This document shows, piece by piece, positions 9,456 to 20,024 of a DNA stretch of 64,000 nucleotides (position 1 is its first letter; the number at the start of each line of letters is the position of its first letter). Location of the stretch: the NCBI GenBank assembly GCA_009859145.1, contig VRVR01000056.1:85-64084 (forward strand), in the 5' to 3' direction. Below the pieces are notes generated by a model. That model did no database searches and was not told the origin of the DNA. It was given only the letters and a program-made list of their open reading frames with translations. Position numbers and translations under genes: made by a program. This DNA is from Andalucia godoyi And28 (taxonomy: Eukaryota > Protista > Jakobida).

Positions 9456-10081
9456 TTCAGTTACCTGCTCCTGTTGACGGCAACCCTCTCTCTTTGAACA
9501 CTCTTAAACGGTACAGCACACGTGGGTGGGTGTGTTTTTTCTTTTTATTTTCTGCATCGTTTTGAACGGACTCCGTTGACCCTTCGGACTCGTCTGCTTC
9601 GTCTTTCAAGTTCCCCCAGCCCAACTGTTTTTTTCTACTGTACGGCACTGTAGATGGGGAGGCGGCGATTCCTTTTTTTTACGACGGGTAAGGCAGCAGA
9701 AAGCCCGCCTCCCCCGGAAAATGCGGTAAGGAGTGGGGAGGATTCGGGCCACTGTTGTCGGGAAAATGCGGCACCCAAAAAAGGATAAAGCCTGGTCTGT
9801 TTTAAGCCGTCAATCGAGCCGCTTTTGACAGAGCTCATCAATCCGCTGATGCCATTTCGCCATCATCAACTATATAGGTCCCAAAACTGGAACTCGAGCG
9901 CTTTCCATCAGTGCTTTGATCTTCTTTCCGTTTCACAGCTTTCGTGTTCGTCTGTCTGTTTGTTGCTGTTGTTGTTGTTGTTGTTGTTGTTGTTTTTTTT
10001 TGGGGGGGTTGTTACGTAATTTACGGATTCAGCATTGTGTGTTGTGTATTTGGGATTAGTGGTGGAGTGAGCGAGGGAGAG

Positions 10082-10759
10082 ATGGAAGCTGTGATTTTTG
10101 ATCTTGATGGGACGCTGGTGAACAGCGAACCGACTGCAATTGCGGCTGTGGTGTCGTGTTTCCAAGAGTGGAATTTGCATATATCAGAGGCGGATGCGGA
10201 CTACGTAACGGGCCGAACATGGGGTGCGGCGCTGGACTACTTTTACGCAAAGTACTCGATTCCGCTGAGCCGGTCCGAGGCAGAGCAGCAGCTGGTAGAG
10301 CGATACCGGAAGCTGCTGCCGGACACGATATCACCAGTAAAGGGCGCAGCAGAGTTTGTGCGGCTTGTGGCGCAGTTCTATCCGGTGGCGCTCGTTACGG
10401 GGTCGCAGGGTGTCGATGCAGAGTATGTGCTGAAGACCATGGGGATTCGAGAGTGTTTTGGGGATCGTGTGTTTGCGGCAGAGACGTATCCCCGGTCCAA
10501 GCCGGACCCGATTGGGTTCCTGACTGCGGCAAAGTCGTTCAATGTCGATCCGTCCAAATGCCTCGTGTTTGAAGACTCGACGGCTGGCATTGCAGCAGCC
10601 AAGGCAGCAGGAATGACCGTCGTCGTCATTACGAGCACGAATCTCATGGGACAGGACCAGAGTGCGGCAGACCGCCTCATTGCAGACTTTACAGACATCC
10701 CCGTCGAGCCACGAACGTTCATCAGCCAGTTTAGCAATACCATCAGCAATGCCGCATGA
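10082..10759 (+). CDS. HAD-superfamily phosphatase (beta-phosphoglucomutase/CbbY-like)
   Basis: MEAVIFDLDGTL motif I, LVTGS motif II, SKPDP motif III, VFEDS motif IV; start set at ATG 10082. Confidence 0.92.
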   Translation: MEAVIFDLDGTLVNSEPTAIAAVVSCFQEWNLHISEADADYVTGRTWGAALDYFYAKYSIPLSRSEAEQQLVERYRKLLPDTISPVKGAAEFVRLVAQFYPVALVTGSQGVDAEYVLKTMGIRECFGDRVFAAETYPRSKPDPIGFLTAAKSFNVDPSKCLVFEDSTAGIAAAKAAGMTVVVITSTNLMGQDQSAADRLIADFTDIPVEPRTFISQFSNTISNAA

Positions 10760-10801
10760 GCTTCCCCCGCGCTACAGTGTTAATATTATTACAAGCCCCC
10801 G

Positions 10802-10803
<2 letters not shown>

Positions 10804-10856
<53 letters not shown>

Positions 10857-10863
10857 GAGTGTG

Positions 10864-10902
<39 letters not shown>
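10804..10902. repeat. Compound microsatellite (CT)n(AT)n(GT)n
   Basis: Read directly, between convergent genes. Confidence 0.95.
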
Positions 10903-10905
<3 letters not shown>

Positions 10906-11146
10906 ATGAAATGAACGGAAATTGCCTCTCTCTCTCTCACTCTCTTTTTTTTTTTTCTCTTTTTGGTTTTAATGAGTTCTTAGCCGTGTGTTATTGGCTA
11001 TGTATGGCTGTATGTTGTTGGTTGTATGCCGATGTATGTTGATGTTGGTTGCTGCTTGAGTTTGCTTGCAGCACATCACAACATTGGTGGGTCTTTCTAG
11101 GTGCGTGCAGGTGTAGGGAGACGGATGTAGGGTGAGGGTGAGACGG

Positions 11147-13006
11147 CTATGATACAGGCATGGCTTCAAAGGAGACTTTCGTAGAGAAGAGACCGTTGTT
11201 GAAGCGTTCTTCCAGAAGAGCTTCGACAGTCGAGGAAAGCATCGTGCGATCCGCTTCGCTGATTGCGGTGGACAAATAGACACGGGACGGGAATGCAGTG
11301 AGGACCATCTCTTTCAGCGAGTACGCAGATTCTGCAAGACCGTCCGTTGCTCCATCACCGGGGGTCAGAAGAAACAGACCCGCGCAGTTTGCGTGGCAGC
11401 TGTCGACATGCAAAAACCACTTGTGCTCCTCGTTCAGCGGAGACAGCCACGACGTCAGTGAATCTTCGGTTATTCGATATCCGACAAAGGCAGGCATGCG
11501 CGAACGGTCAAGACTGGACTCGCCTGCCTCCGCAGAATTGGAGGAGGACGACGACGACGACAGAACTCGAGCAACCGCAGCGCGTTCATTGTCTTCCCCT
11601 GTAATAATGAACAGGTCCGTGGCAAGCGACGCTCCCCTCTTTTTCCACATTGGCCCCCAGGCATGGGACGCGCCGTGCATGAGATAATGGCCAAATATTC
11701 TCTGGCGGACATCATCCACTGCACCGAACGTGGTACCGTCGTGCCATGAAAGACGATGATCTGTATCGCCCCATGTATCGAGATTGTTTCGGTCTACAGG
11801 CATCACAAAAGAAGGAAGATCGAGATACTTGCGGACGTTCCTGGATAGAAAGAAGTCCTCCGCAGTCTCCTTCGTCAGCGGGGCTTCGCGAAACAACGTT
11901 CGGATCCACGAGGTTTCAAAGAACCACTGCGAGCAGAGGAAATCAGCGGGTAAGATCTGAGAATGCGCAACTCCAAGCCATGTCTCCGGAAAGTACACGC
12001 CGTGCTGCAAGTAGAACGGCAACGAATTGTTGAAGTTCTCTGGTGCCTGAAGTCGGGGCTCGCTGGAGGCTTCTGACTCCGATGAACTTGACGAGCCGTT
12101 GGTGCGGGATTCAGACTGCGGGACTTCTTTGAAAGGATACGCAGGGGGAGGAAGTATCCACCCAATCGACCCTAGAACGCCTCGATACTGTCGAGTACGA
12201 ATCGTGCGAACCATCCCAGCCAGAAAGTGGATCCCTGGAACAATATCATCGTCCACAACCCATGTGTACGCAGACGCAACACCAAGCGCAACTTGGAACC
12301 GTCCATAGTACCCGAGGTTGTGAGCAGAACGGAACAGCTGGAAATCAATGTGCTGGAATTTGTGCTGAAACTCGTGCAATACGGGTTCGTAGAACCGAGT
12401 GACACCCAGAGTTCCAAATGCGCACACCCATATGGCAGCCGGCTGATGCGACTGAGAAACAATGGACAAGAGCTGGTTCGTGAACGAATATGGGCGCTTC
12501 CAGATATTCAAAATGACGGTCACAGACGTTGTGGCAGGGATTGTCGCCTTCTTGGAAGGAATCATCTCTGGCAAATGCAACAACTCATAGTACTCCAGAC
12601 CGGGAAACACAGAAGCATGTTCGTTCAGCTCGGACTGCCGTTTCCACGCCACCTTCTTGTCTCCGTCTGGTTTCATTCTATAGTTTCGATCATATGCTCG
12701 AAAAGGAACATCATCCATGGTGTAGCACGTGTGTTCGGCTTCCAGACAAAAGCTGTATCGGGTCTGATGACGAGGATGAAAACTGAGTTTGACCACAAGC
12801 ATGATGAGCGACAGGAGCGAAACCAAGCACAGCAGCACAGTCATGCGACCCACAAGTGGCTTGATAAGAATGGAGCGTTTCGAAAACAGCCACATGAAAT
12901 TGCTTGCAGAACACACGGTCAGAAACGGTTTGCACAACAGACTCCAAAAGCTGCGCACGTGATTCCGCCGCCCGCTGGCCATTGACGCTTCGCCGTTTTC
13001 AATCAT
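11147..13006 (-). CDS. Type II membrane glycosyltransferase, family 2-like (resembles plant At5g60700 type)
   Basis: TM anchor LLCLVSLLSLIMLVV; VTVILNIWKR, YYGRFQVAL, WVVDDDIVPG (DxD), VLGSIGWILP, DFLCSQWFF, TAEDFFLS, TWGDTDHRL. Confidence 0.8.
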   Translation of the reverse strand: MIENGEASMASGRRNHVRSFWSLLCKPFLTVCSASNFMWLFSKRSILIKPLVGRMTVLLCLVSLLSLIMLVVKLSFHPRHQTRYSFCLEAEHTCYTMDDVPFRAYDRNYRMKPDGDKKVAWKRQSELNEHASVFPGLEYYELLHLPEMIPSKKATIPATTSVTVILNIWKRPYSFTNQLLSIVSQSHQPAAIWVCAFGTLGVTRFYEPVLHEFQHKFQHIDFQLFRSAHNLGYYGRFQVALGVASAYTWVVDDDIVPGIHFLAGMVRTIRTRQYRGVLGSIGWILPPPAYPFKEVPQSESRTNGSSSSSESEASSEPRLQAPENFNNSLPFYLQHGVYFPETWLGVAHSQILPADFLCSQWFFETSWIRTLFREAPLTKETAEDFFLSRNVRKYLDLPSFVMPVDRNNLDTWGDTDHRLSWHDGTTFGAVDDVRQRIFGHYLMHGASHAWGPMWKKRGASLATDLFIITGEDNERAAVARVLSSSSSSSNSAEAGESSLDRSRMPAFVGYRITEDSLTSWLSPLNEEHKWFLHVDSCHANCAGLFLLTPGDGATDGLAESAYSLKEMVLTAFPSRVYLSTAISEADRTMLSSTVEALLEERFNNGLFSTKVSFEAMPVS

Positions 13007-13626
13007 GCGTAAGAACGACCACGCAAAAGGTACGCAAAGCCGATAAGAAGAACGTGGCTTAGCACAGGAAGGCTACGACACCAAGTGACGTCTGAACAGG
13101 AAACGGAACGCAAGCAGCACAAAATTAGAATTGTCCGTGATCGTCTCTGTGATTGTTATAGTAACCGCCCACGATTTGCACGTGCAATCAGGGGGAGAGC
13201 GTGTATTACTTTGCGAATTCGATCTTACCTTGGCAGTGGTATGTGTGCGTGTGTGGGTCTTGGAACTGAGACAAAACAAAAGCAAAACGAAAAAGTTGCA
13301 CTAAAAGAAGCTGGAAACGCGGGACGTTGAGCCATCGGACTCGTCGTGTTTCAGTCGGAGGGAAATGAATGGAAAGAAGAGGTGGGCGTATTGTAGAAGC
13401 AGAACTGTAGAAGCACGACGAACTTTGACAGCTGCAGAGCTACTGGTATCCCCCTTGTTTTTCATAATGCAAACAACTGCAACCACGGCAGCTTCTACTG
13501 ATGCTACAACAAAAAGACAGAGACAGAGACAGAGAATATGGATTGTATAATGCATAAAGTTAAAATGTACAACACGGAGAAGCTGAATAGGTGAGCGGGA
13601 GGGAGGAGAGGGTTTGGCGGTTTGGA

Positions 13627-14178
13627 TCAGACACGAAGCGCACCAGAGGCCTGGATAAAGTCGTCGTACATTTGAGAGAAAGCTTGTGCGGTGTAGTTGA
13701 ACGGAGCATCGACGTCTTTGCCGATTGCGGCAGACGTGACAAAGCACGGAATGCCGTGCGTCTCTGCCAGCGCCTGTGTCTCCGCGACGTTGCGATCCGA
13801 CACGTCCGACTTTGTGGCGACGAGGATCGCCGAGGATGCCGCAGACTGATGCTTGTCGAACCAGCTGTACGCATAGTCCATTGACGCACTCGTCGTGTCC
13901 ACGCACAGCAGGTAGAAGGTCGGAGGACAGGCATCTCCGGACGTCAACGATGTCGTAACGCTGTCGTAAATCGCCTGGGCGCCTAAATCCTGGATCAAAA
14001 GCTCAACTACAACCGGTGAGTCCGGAATTCGGACTTCCTTGAGCACAAGCTCGGCGCCCATCGTCATCAAATACGACTTTGGAAATGCCGACTGCGACGA
14101 GTGGAATACTTGCAGCAATGCACTCTTTCCACTCGCTGCAGACCCAATCAGCGCAACTTTGCACCGAAGAAACAGCAT
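13627..14178 (-). CDS. IFT27: Intraflagellar transport protein 27 (Rab-like 4)
   Basis: RCKVALIGSAASGKS P-loop, FPKSYLMTMGAELVLKEV, VELLIQD, VATKSD; no C-terminal prenylation motif. Confidence 0.88.
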   Translation of the reverse strand: MLFLRCKVALIGSAASGKSALLQVFHSSQSAFPKSYLMTMGAELVLKEVRIPDSPVVVELLIQDLGAQAIYDSVTTSLTSGDACPPTFYLLCVDTTSASMDYAYSWFDKHQSAASSAILVATKSDVSDRNVAETQALAETHGIPCFVTSAAIGKDVDAPFNYTAQAFSQMYDDFIQASGALRV

Positions 14179-15175
14179 GCTTTTCTGTTAAATACGAAGG
14201 ATCGCAGATGCATTTTCACCAAAAAAAAGGGGATCCGAAAACCCCCAATTAGCCCTTGTCCGTCTTCATAAAAGTGCTGGAAAACCGGGAAAACCAGAAA
14301 TACGCAGGGATGGTAACGTGCAATGCATAACGTGCAGCATCTGCTTTTGTTTTGAGTCTTCTTCTTTCTTTTTTTTGTTTTTACAGTCGCTGCAGTGGGG
14401 AAAGCCGGGGAAGCGGGCGCATCGGCTTCCTCGCGGTCCAAACGAGAGGGATTTGGTGCGGTCAACGGCAGAAGCGCCAAAGGATGGATCAGGGCCAAAC
14501 GTAGACTGCTGCTGTATAACAGCATCGCATTCAATTTCTGAGACCCGTGTACTCCGTTGCGGTTGTGCAGCAGTCGCTGAGCAGAATTGGAAGTGGCCCC
14601 ACGTCGGCATCTGGCGTGCAGTTTTGCATCGAATGCGACGTTGGCCACGACACACCATGTTGGACGTCTCGGATTTCGGAAAGTAGGATGCAGGCAATAC
14701 CCTCACACAGCCATGTTTCACTTTGGTTTTCTTTTTTTTTTTTTTAATTTAAATTTCTGTTTGTTTGTTTGTGTTTGTTTGTCAAGACGACGAAAACAAA
14801 ATAAACCACGGTAAGAAACAGTTCAAAAGCTGCTACCGGGAGAGGAGAGAAACCAGAGAGGGCAGTCGCGATGCGAGCAACGGAGGACTGGTGCACGGAG
14901 TCACGCAGACTTTGGCCAATCCGCAGAAGGACTGTGGTGGCTCGCGGTATGTGTGAGGCGGAGCATTTGGTTTCCATTCTTCTGATCCCAAAAAGGGGAA
15001 ACAGGCACGGGAGAACACGGCGTCGAAGGAAAGAAGTCAAGAAAGACCGACAGGGGTGACTTCGGAGAGTCTGACAAGTGACGTGCGGAACAGAGTGGAT
15101 TGGAACAGTTGATCTCTCCAGAAAGGAGTTTTCGCGGCTGCAGCTCGCGTTGTGAGCAGACCACGTCCCTTTCTG

Positions 15176-15820
15176 TCACGCGCACTCGACGGAATTTTCC
15201 ATTGTGGTAAGCTTCGGGCCCGCACTTCTGTAACTTTTGCAACTGGAGAGGGCCAGTTTCGGAGACAACCCCATCAACAACCGTCGGCAAATGCAAATTC
15301 TGAGGGACAGAACATGACCGCATGTCCCGCCCAAGATCTCTTCTGCTCTTGCACAAAGGCACCGTCCTAGCACGCTAAGCACCGCTGGACCCAGCAACAA
15401 CAACAAGATTAGACAATGCTCTGCAGTCCCCACCACCACCCGGAGACGTGGGTGGGCATGAAACATCGAAAACCGCGTTTTCTTGCTGAGATTGCGCGCT
15501 CCTTCCTGCCCAAGGACAACCACAGCCTCTTTTTCCAGGCCCAGCAGCATATGCTTTGCAGCAGCTCCTCTGCAGCACTGCGTACTGTTTGATTTTCTTC
15601 CTCCTATTCCGGCTTGTTTCATTTTCTTCCTCTCCTCCATACTTTTCCTGATTCTGTCCCACTGACCCGGGCATCGATCACAGTCAGTACAAACGGCCAG
15701 CGGCACCTTGTCTTCGTATTTTGTTTCGGCGTTCTCTGGCGGTTCTTTTGCTGTCCCTGTCGTTTTCGGGTGCTTTGGGGTGATTTCTGGTCTGTCTGCG
15801 GAATGACTCGCAACAGACAT
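15176..15820 (-). CDS. Hypothetical protein
   Basis: Long ORF from ATG 15820 (MSVASHSADRPE...), divergent from the Zn-cluster gene; no family recognised. Confidence 0.35.
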   Translation of the reverse strand: MSVASHSADRPEITPKHPKTTGTAKEPPENAETKYEDKVPLAVCTDCDRCPGQWDRIRKSMEERKKMKQAGIGGRKSNSTQCCRGAAAKHMLLGLEKEAVVVLGQEGARNLSKKTRFSMFHAHPRLRVVVGTAEHCLILLLLLGPAVLSVLGRCLCARAEEILGGTCGHVLSLRICICRRLLMGLSPKLALSSCKSYRSAGPKLTTMENSVECA

Positions 15821-15893
15821 GTTGGAAGTATGTCTTCTTTTGTTTTGTTTTGTTTTGTTTTGTTTTGTTTTGTTTTGCTGTTCATCTGTTGAC

Positions 15894-17288
15894 ATGCCCC
15901 CCAGGCTGCCCCGTCTTTTCTTTTTTTCCCCCTCCTCTTATAATCATGTTATTGTTATACTATATTTGTTTTTTCCCGTTAAATTCACTCACATCCTTTA
16001 TCGGCTCCCCTCCCAAGAAGCTGCGTCTCGGTTTCGTGCAACGTCTTGTGCAATGTGTCGCATACGTCATTCCAGATGTGACAAGTCAGGACCTCCTTGC
16101 GAGTTTTGCATTCGGATGGGGACCCAGAGTGAGTGCATCTACCCTTCTTCTGCTTCCCCTCGTGACACCGATCATCAGCACCAGCACGAGTCTCCCGCTT
16201 CTTCCGCTTCTTCCGCTTCTTCCGTGTCGGCATCGTCATCTCCGATGTCGGCATCCCATAAGCCGTCGCCTGAATCTGAAGCTGGCGCCATACCATCACA
16301 CTCTCCACAGAGCGCCACTGCGAGCAACAGCAACATGCAAAGTGGCCCGTTTTTCCAGTCCTCGTCGACCCACCGAGGTTCTATGTCCAATTCTTCTGTT
16401 TCTCCTCACAACCCTTCCACCAAAGACTCGCATTTTACTCCAGCACACTATGCGCCTCGCATGACCGCTTTCCAGACCAACCCGGTGCTCCCCTTTCCAT
16501 CTCACGTCTCTGCGAATAGCTCTGCAGTCGATCACCACGAATCTGCTCCTCCAAGTCAGTATCGAGCGTACCATCTGCCGTCGAACACCAGCAGCACACC
16601 CACACCGGCATCCGCAACCTTTCCTCCTGCTGCACGGTTTCCTCTGCAGCACGCATCGAATGTTTCCGGGAGCGCTTCGATTCCTCGGCTAAGTGCGCAC
16701 AGTGCAGCAAGCTTTCCAAACGTGATGTCAGAGGGTACGGCGTACCTCCTCCCTTCTCTGGAGTTCGCACAAGGGCAAAATGCAGCGCTGGTCAACAATT
16801 CCAGACGTCCCTCTTCGAACGCATCTGCGGCGGAAACTTTTCAGACTGTCTCACTGCACAACTTCAGTTCAACCAGTCCCTACCAGCTTCTCTCTTCGCA
16901 GGCACACAGTGCCAATCCAGCAAACGGTATGATGTTTTATAGCGCGCATATGTACAATTCCGGAGGATTTCCTGGAACTCGGGAAACGCAATGGCAGCAT
17001 CCGTTCGCAGGCTCGAATGCTTCGATTGTACACGGGGGAGGCACGCACTATGATCGTACGGGTCTCGGTGATGCATACCATGCACCTCCTCCGCTGCCGC
17101 CACCGCCACCGCCACCATTGGGATGGGATCCTGTGGCCGTGTACGTCAATCAGGTGATGCACAGTGCTCGAGCACACGGGTACACGGAAGAGATGCTATT
17201 TCAGTTGCGGAAACGGATTCACGACATGTGTTCGACCATCGAAAGCTTGGTCTTGCAGAATCCAGGAAGCTTGGTCGCCCCGAAATAA
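15894..17288 (+). CDS. Zn(II)2Cys6 binuclear-cluster transcription factor
   Basis: RATSCAMCRIRHSRCDKSGPPCEFCIRMGTQSECIYP fits C-x2-C-x6-C-x6-C-x2-C-x8-C; S/P-rich body. Start or 5' exon uncertain. Confidence 0.8.
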   Translation: MPPRLPRLFFFSPSSYNHVIVILYLFFPVKFTHILYRLPSQEAASRFRATSCAMCRIRHSRCDKSGPPCEFCIRMGTQSECIYPSSASPRDTDHQHQHESPASSASSASSVSASSSPMSASHKPSPESEAGAIPSHSPQSATASNSNMQSGPFFQSSSTHRGSMSNSSVSPHNPSTKDSHFTPAHYAPRMTAFQTNPVLPFPSHVSANSSAVDHHESAPPSQYRAYHLPSNTSSTPTPASATFPPAARFPLQHASNVSGSASIPRLSAHSAASFPNVMSEGTAYLLPSLEFAQGQNAALVNNSRRPSSNASAAETFQTVSLHNFSSTSPYQLLSSQAHSANPANGMMFYSAHMYNSGGFPGTRETQWQHPFAGSNASIVHGGGTHYDRTGLGDAYHAPPPLPPPPPPPLGWDPVAVYVNQVMHSARAHGYTEEMLFQLRKRIHDMCSTIESLVLQNPGSLVAPK

Positions 17289-17334
17289 CTACACATTTCG
17301 ACCTAGAAGTACAGAATAGAACATCGCTGACGAT

Positions 17335-17600
17335 GCACCATCAGTGGTGCTGCCTGGACCGCATTGTGCAGTACTGGGAAGGGGGGTGGGGGGGGGGGGG
17401 GGATAGGCCCCAACACGCACTTCGGCGTTCGTAAGATAAATGTTGTGCGCATCGTTCCGTAATCACGCTCGATCCGTCAAACCACAGCATGTGGCGCACG
17501 GTCTGCTTCGGATCCGCCGCTTGCCTTTCAAAGCCATCCTCGACGTCTCGTACGTTTTCCGTAGTGTACCGGGCGTCGCGCACACCAGGACCCGCGTGTG
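17335..17600 (-). mobile_element. Second, more decayed TnpB/Fanzor-like relic (zinc-finger/RuvC-III fragment and start of 3' tail)
   Basis: With frameshifts reads ...YTT/KTYETSRMALKGKRRIRSRPCATCCGLT/IERDY/NDAHNIYLTNAEVRVGAYP; 17399-17442 is 38/44 identical to the reverse complement of 6541-6584. Confidence 0.72.
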
Positions 17601-18032
17601 ACAAGACAGGAAAGCAATGCGTCACATGTAAGAATTAAAACACAGGATGCTATTTTGCTGGCCTAGCAAAAGATGAGCATCCAAAAATATATGCAGCAAT
17701 TCACTCTCCATTCTGTGGACAATGATGCATGTGAAGAACATTTAGTGGTTGGAGGTCCTCTTGCATGCAGTCCCGTTTTTTACATTTTCCCGTTTGCACT
17801 TGTTCCTTTAATATTTAAATTTAAAAAAATCCGAACATGCTTTATCAACGCACAACTAAAACAAAAACAAAAAAACAAAACAAAAACAAAAAAAGATACT
17901 ACTTCTCTTCCGTGTCTATACATTGGAGGAAAACACCTATTCTTGTTTCCTGTTCTCTGCTTGCGTTTTTGACGGTGGTGGTGATGGGGTGTTGGTGGAA
18001 ATGAGAGAGGTGGGAAGGGGGGAGCGTGCGCT

Positions 18033-20024
18033 CTAATTCAGAAGTCGAGATAGTGCCATTCGATCTGCACTGGCAGTACGAGAAGCCAACATGGACGATA
18101 TCCTCGCCATCTCGGAACTCATAATATCATCATCGGAAGCAGACACTCCACAAGCCAACGAATCTGTCATGGAGATCGGCGGCCGGCCCCTCGTTCGAAG
18201 GCGTCCGTTGTCGTCCTCGACAATGTCGCCATCGCAATCATCAACATCATCGTCGTCGTCAAGACACATCGGTTGGTCCTCGCCATTGTTGCTGTTGTTG
18301 TTGCTGCTGCTGCTGTTACTTTTGATGTTGATGTTGGCATTACTGTTGCTGTTGCTGGGGGTGGTGTGGTCCTCGTCGCCATCAGAGAGATCTGCAAGAA
18401 GGCGATTTGACGGAGGTGGCGGTTGACTGAGATACGACTCGGAGATAATACTGAATTGCGAGCCAAATGGTACCGTATCAAGAACGCCGCACGAATAGAC
18501 CACCAATACCACGCACTCGGCATCAGACAGTTCCGACGAACTGGCACATCGCTCCACGCTCGTCAGCTCAGGAATGACACCAAGAACGGACTGAATAATG
18601 GGGATCACAATTGGATTGATGCTCCAGACGTATCCATCCGGTCCCTCCTCCTCGTGTCGACGAATAATATTGGAGGGATATAGCATAAAAGAAGAGCCCA
18701 GAAACCGCTCTGTAAAAGCTTCCGATCGCTTGACGATCGTCAGCCATCGAAAACGTATGGCGGTGTCATGCCTGCCGTGAAGATATCGTGCAATGGAAGA
18801 CCACTGGATGTGCCAGCCAACCGCCGATGTCGCATTCACAGCTTGCGTCGTCTTTCCACCCGAGCGGTTTGCAATGATACCACCTGCCAAATCTGGGACT
18901 GGGTCGTATACGCTGCCACGGCCGGCTAATGCATTGGAAACCAGAGATGACGATGCACTTGGACCGCAATACGAGTTCGAGGGCAGCACTGACGGGACAG
19001 ATGCCGCGCGAGGAACGGCATACTGGACAGCGGATCCATAGCGGTGCCCGTACGATGGTAACGACGGGAGCGGCATGTTGGGAAGACTGTTGGAATGCCG
19101 AGGTGGTGGAACAACAAACGGCAAGGATGACGATGCTGCTGGTATTGCTGTTGAAGCAGCGGAAGTGGGCCCCGGGGCCGAAGAAGAATTCGGCAACAGC
19201 GAGTCGTGCTGAACACGGGGGAATTCCGGACCAATGCCAAGAACAGTGTTGGGTACCGAGTATCGACCACCAGAGCCGCTGAGGTGTGTAAATGCCGAAG
19301 AAGGCGCCAGCGAGTCTGATCGAAGGAGCGTGCTAGGATGCGACTGGTCGACCTTGGACCCAGAACCTAGCGGCGAGGCAGGAGATCGGAAGTAAAGATT
19401 CGGTGACGACGACGATGAAGACGACGATGATGTCGAGGCTGATGACGACGAAGAAGAAGACGGGGGTGGTGGTAACGTCGAAGCATACGGCCTGAAAGGG
19501 TGGAAAGGATTTGAAAGCTGCGCCGGCAAGGGCGGCATGTGAAGGTACTTCTGGCTCGTCGAGACATTGGCGGTGCAGAGATGCGACGGAGGGACGAGGC
19601 CGCTATGCAGCAGCTGACCTCGAATGAGAGATGCCAAAGCGATGGATTCCGACACCGTCCATTTTCTGTCTCGCGTCAATCGGGGGTCGAGGACCCTGCG
19701 GTAGCGCTGGGAACAAGCATTCGCAGGTCTAAGGGCATATTGCGAAGGAAGAGAATGACGTGAACGATGGTGGTTTTCGTTAGTTTCCACTGATCGACCA
19801 TCCACCCGCGCAACTGACTCTTCGCAATGAGGTGGAGATGTCGTGTCGGGACCTTGGGAAACGTATCGCGCGATGGCCGTCCAGTTCGAATCTCCATAGA
19901 TTCTCACGGCCGACAGCAGCCTATGATCCTCTTCTTTCGACCACCGAACTGAACGAGACCGCGTTCGCGCTCGCAACTGGCTCCGTCCCCCATGCGCGCC
20001 ATGAACACCAGTTCCAGCTTGCAT
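18033..20024 (-). CDS. Myb-domain transcription factor (two repeats, each with an insertion)
   Basis: WSKEEDHRLLSAVRIYGDSNWTAIARY...NACSQRYRRVLDPRL; RKWTVSES...QWSSIARYLHGRHDTAIRFRW. Start set at ATG 20024. Confidence 0.85.
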   Translation of the reverse strand: MQAGTGVHGAHGGRSQLRARTRSRSVRWSKEEDHRLLSAVRIYGDSNWTAIARYVSQGPDTTSPPHCEESVARVDGRSVETNENHHRSRHSLPSQYALRPANACSQRYRRVLDPRLTRDRKWTVSESIALASLIRGQLLHSGLVPPSHLCTANVSTSQKYLHMPPLPAQLSNPFHPFRPYASTLPPPPSSSSSSSASTSSSSSSSSSPNLYFRSPASPLGSGSKVDQSHPSTLLRSDSLAPSSAFTHLSGSGGRYSVPNTVLGIGPEFPRVQHDSLLPNSSSAPGPTSAASTAIPAASSSLPFVVPPPRHSNSLPNMPLPSLPSYGHRYGSAVQYAVPRAASVPSVLPSNSYCGPSASSSLVSNALAGRGSVYDPVPDLAGGIIANRSGGKTTQAVNATSAVGWHIQWSSIARYLHGRHDTAIRFRWLTIVKRSEAFTERFLGSSFMLYPSNIIRRHEEEGPDGYVWSINPIVIPIIQSVLGVIPELTSVERCASSSELSDAECVVLVVYSCGVLDTVPFGSQFSIISESYLSQPPPPSNRLLADLSDGDEDHTTPSNSNSNANINIKSNSSSSNNNSNNGEDQPMCLDDDDDVDDCDGDIVEDDNGRLRTRGRPPISMTDSLACGVSASDDDIMSSEMARISSMLASRTASADRMALSRLLN

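Noticed and set aside
9457-9940. Short minus-strand ORFs between the crotonase and HAD genes
   Set aside because: No consistent frame, splice model or motif.
13020-15170. Short ORFs flanking IFT27
   Set aside because: No recognisable motif or convincing exon structure.
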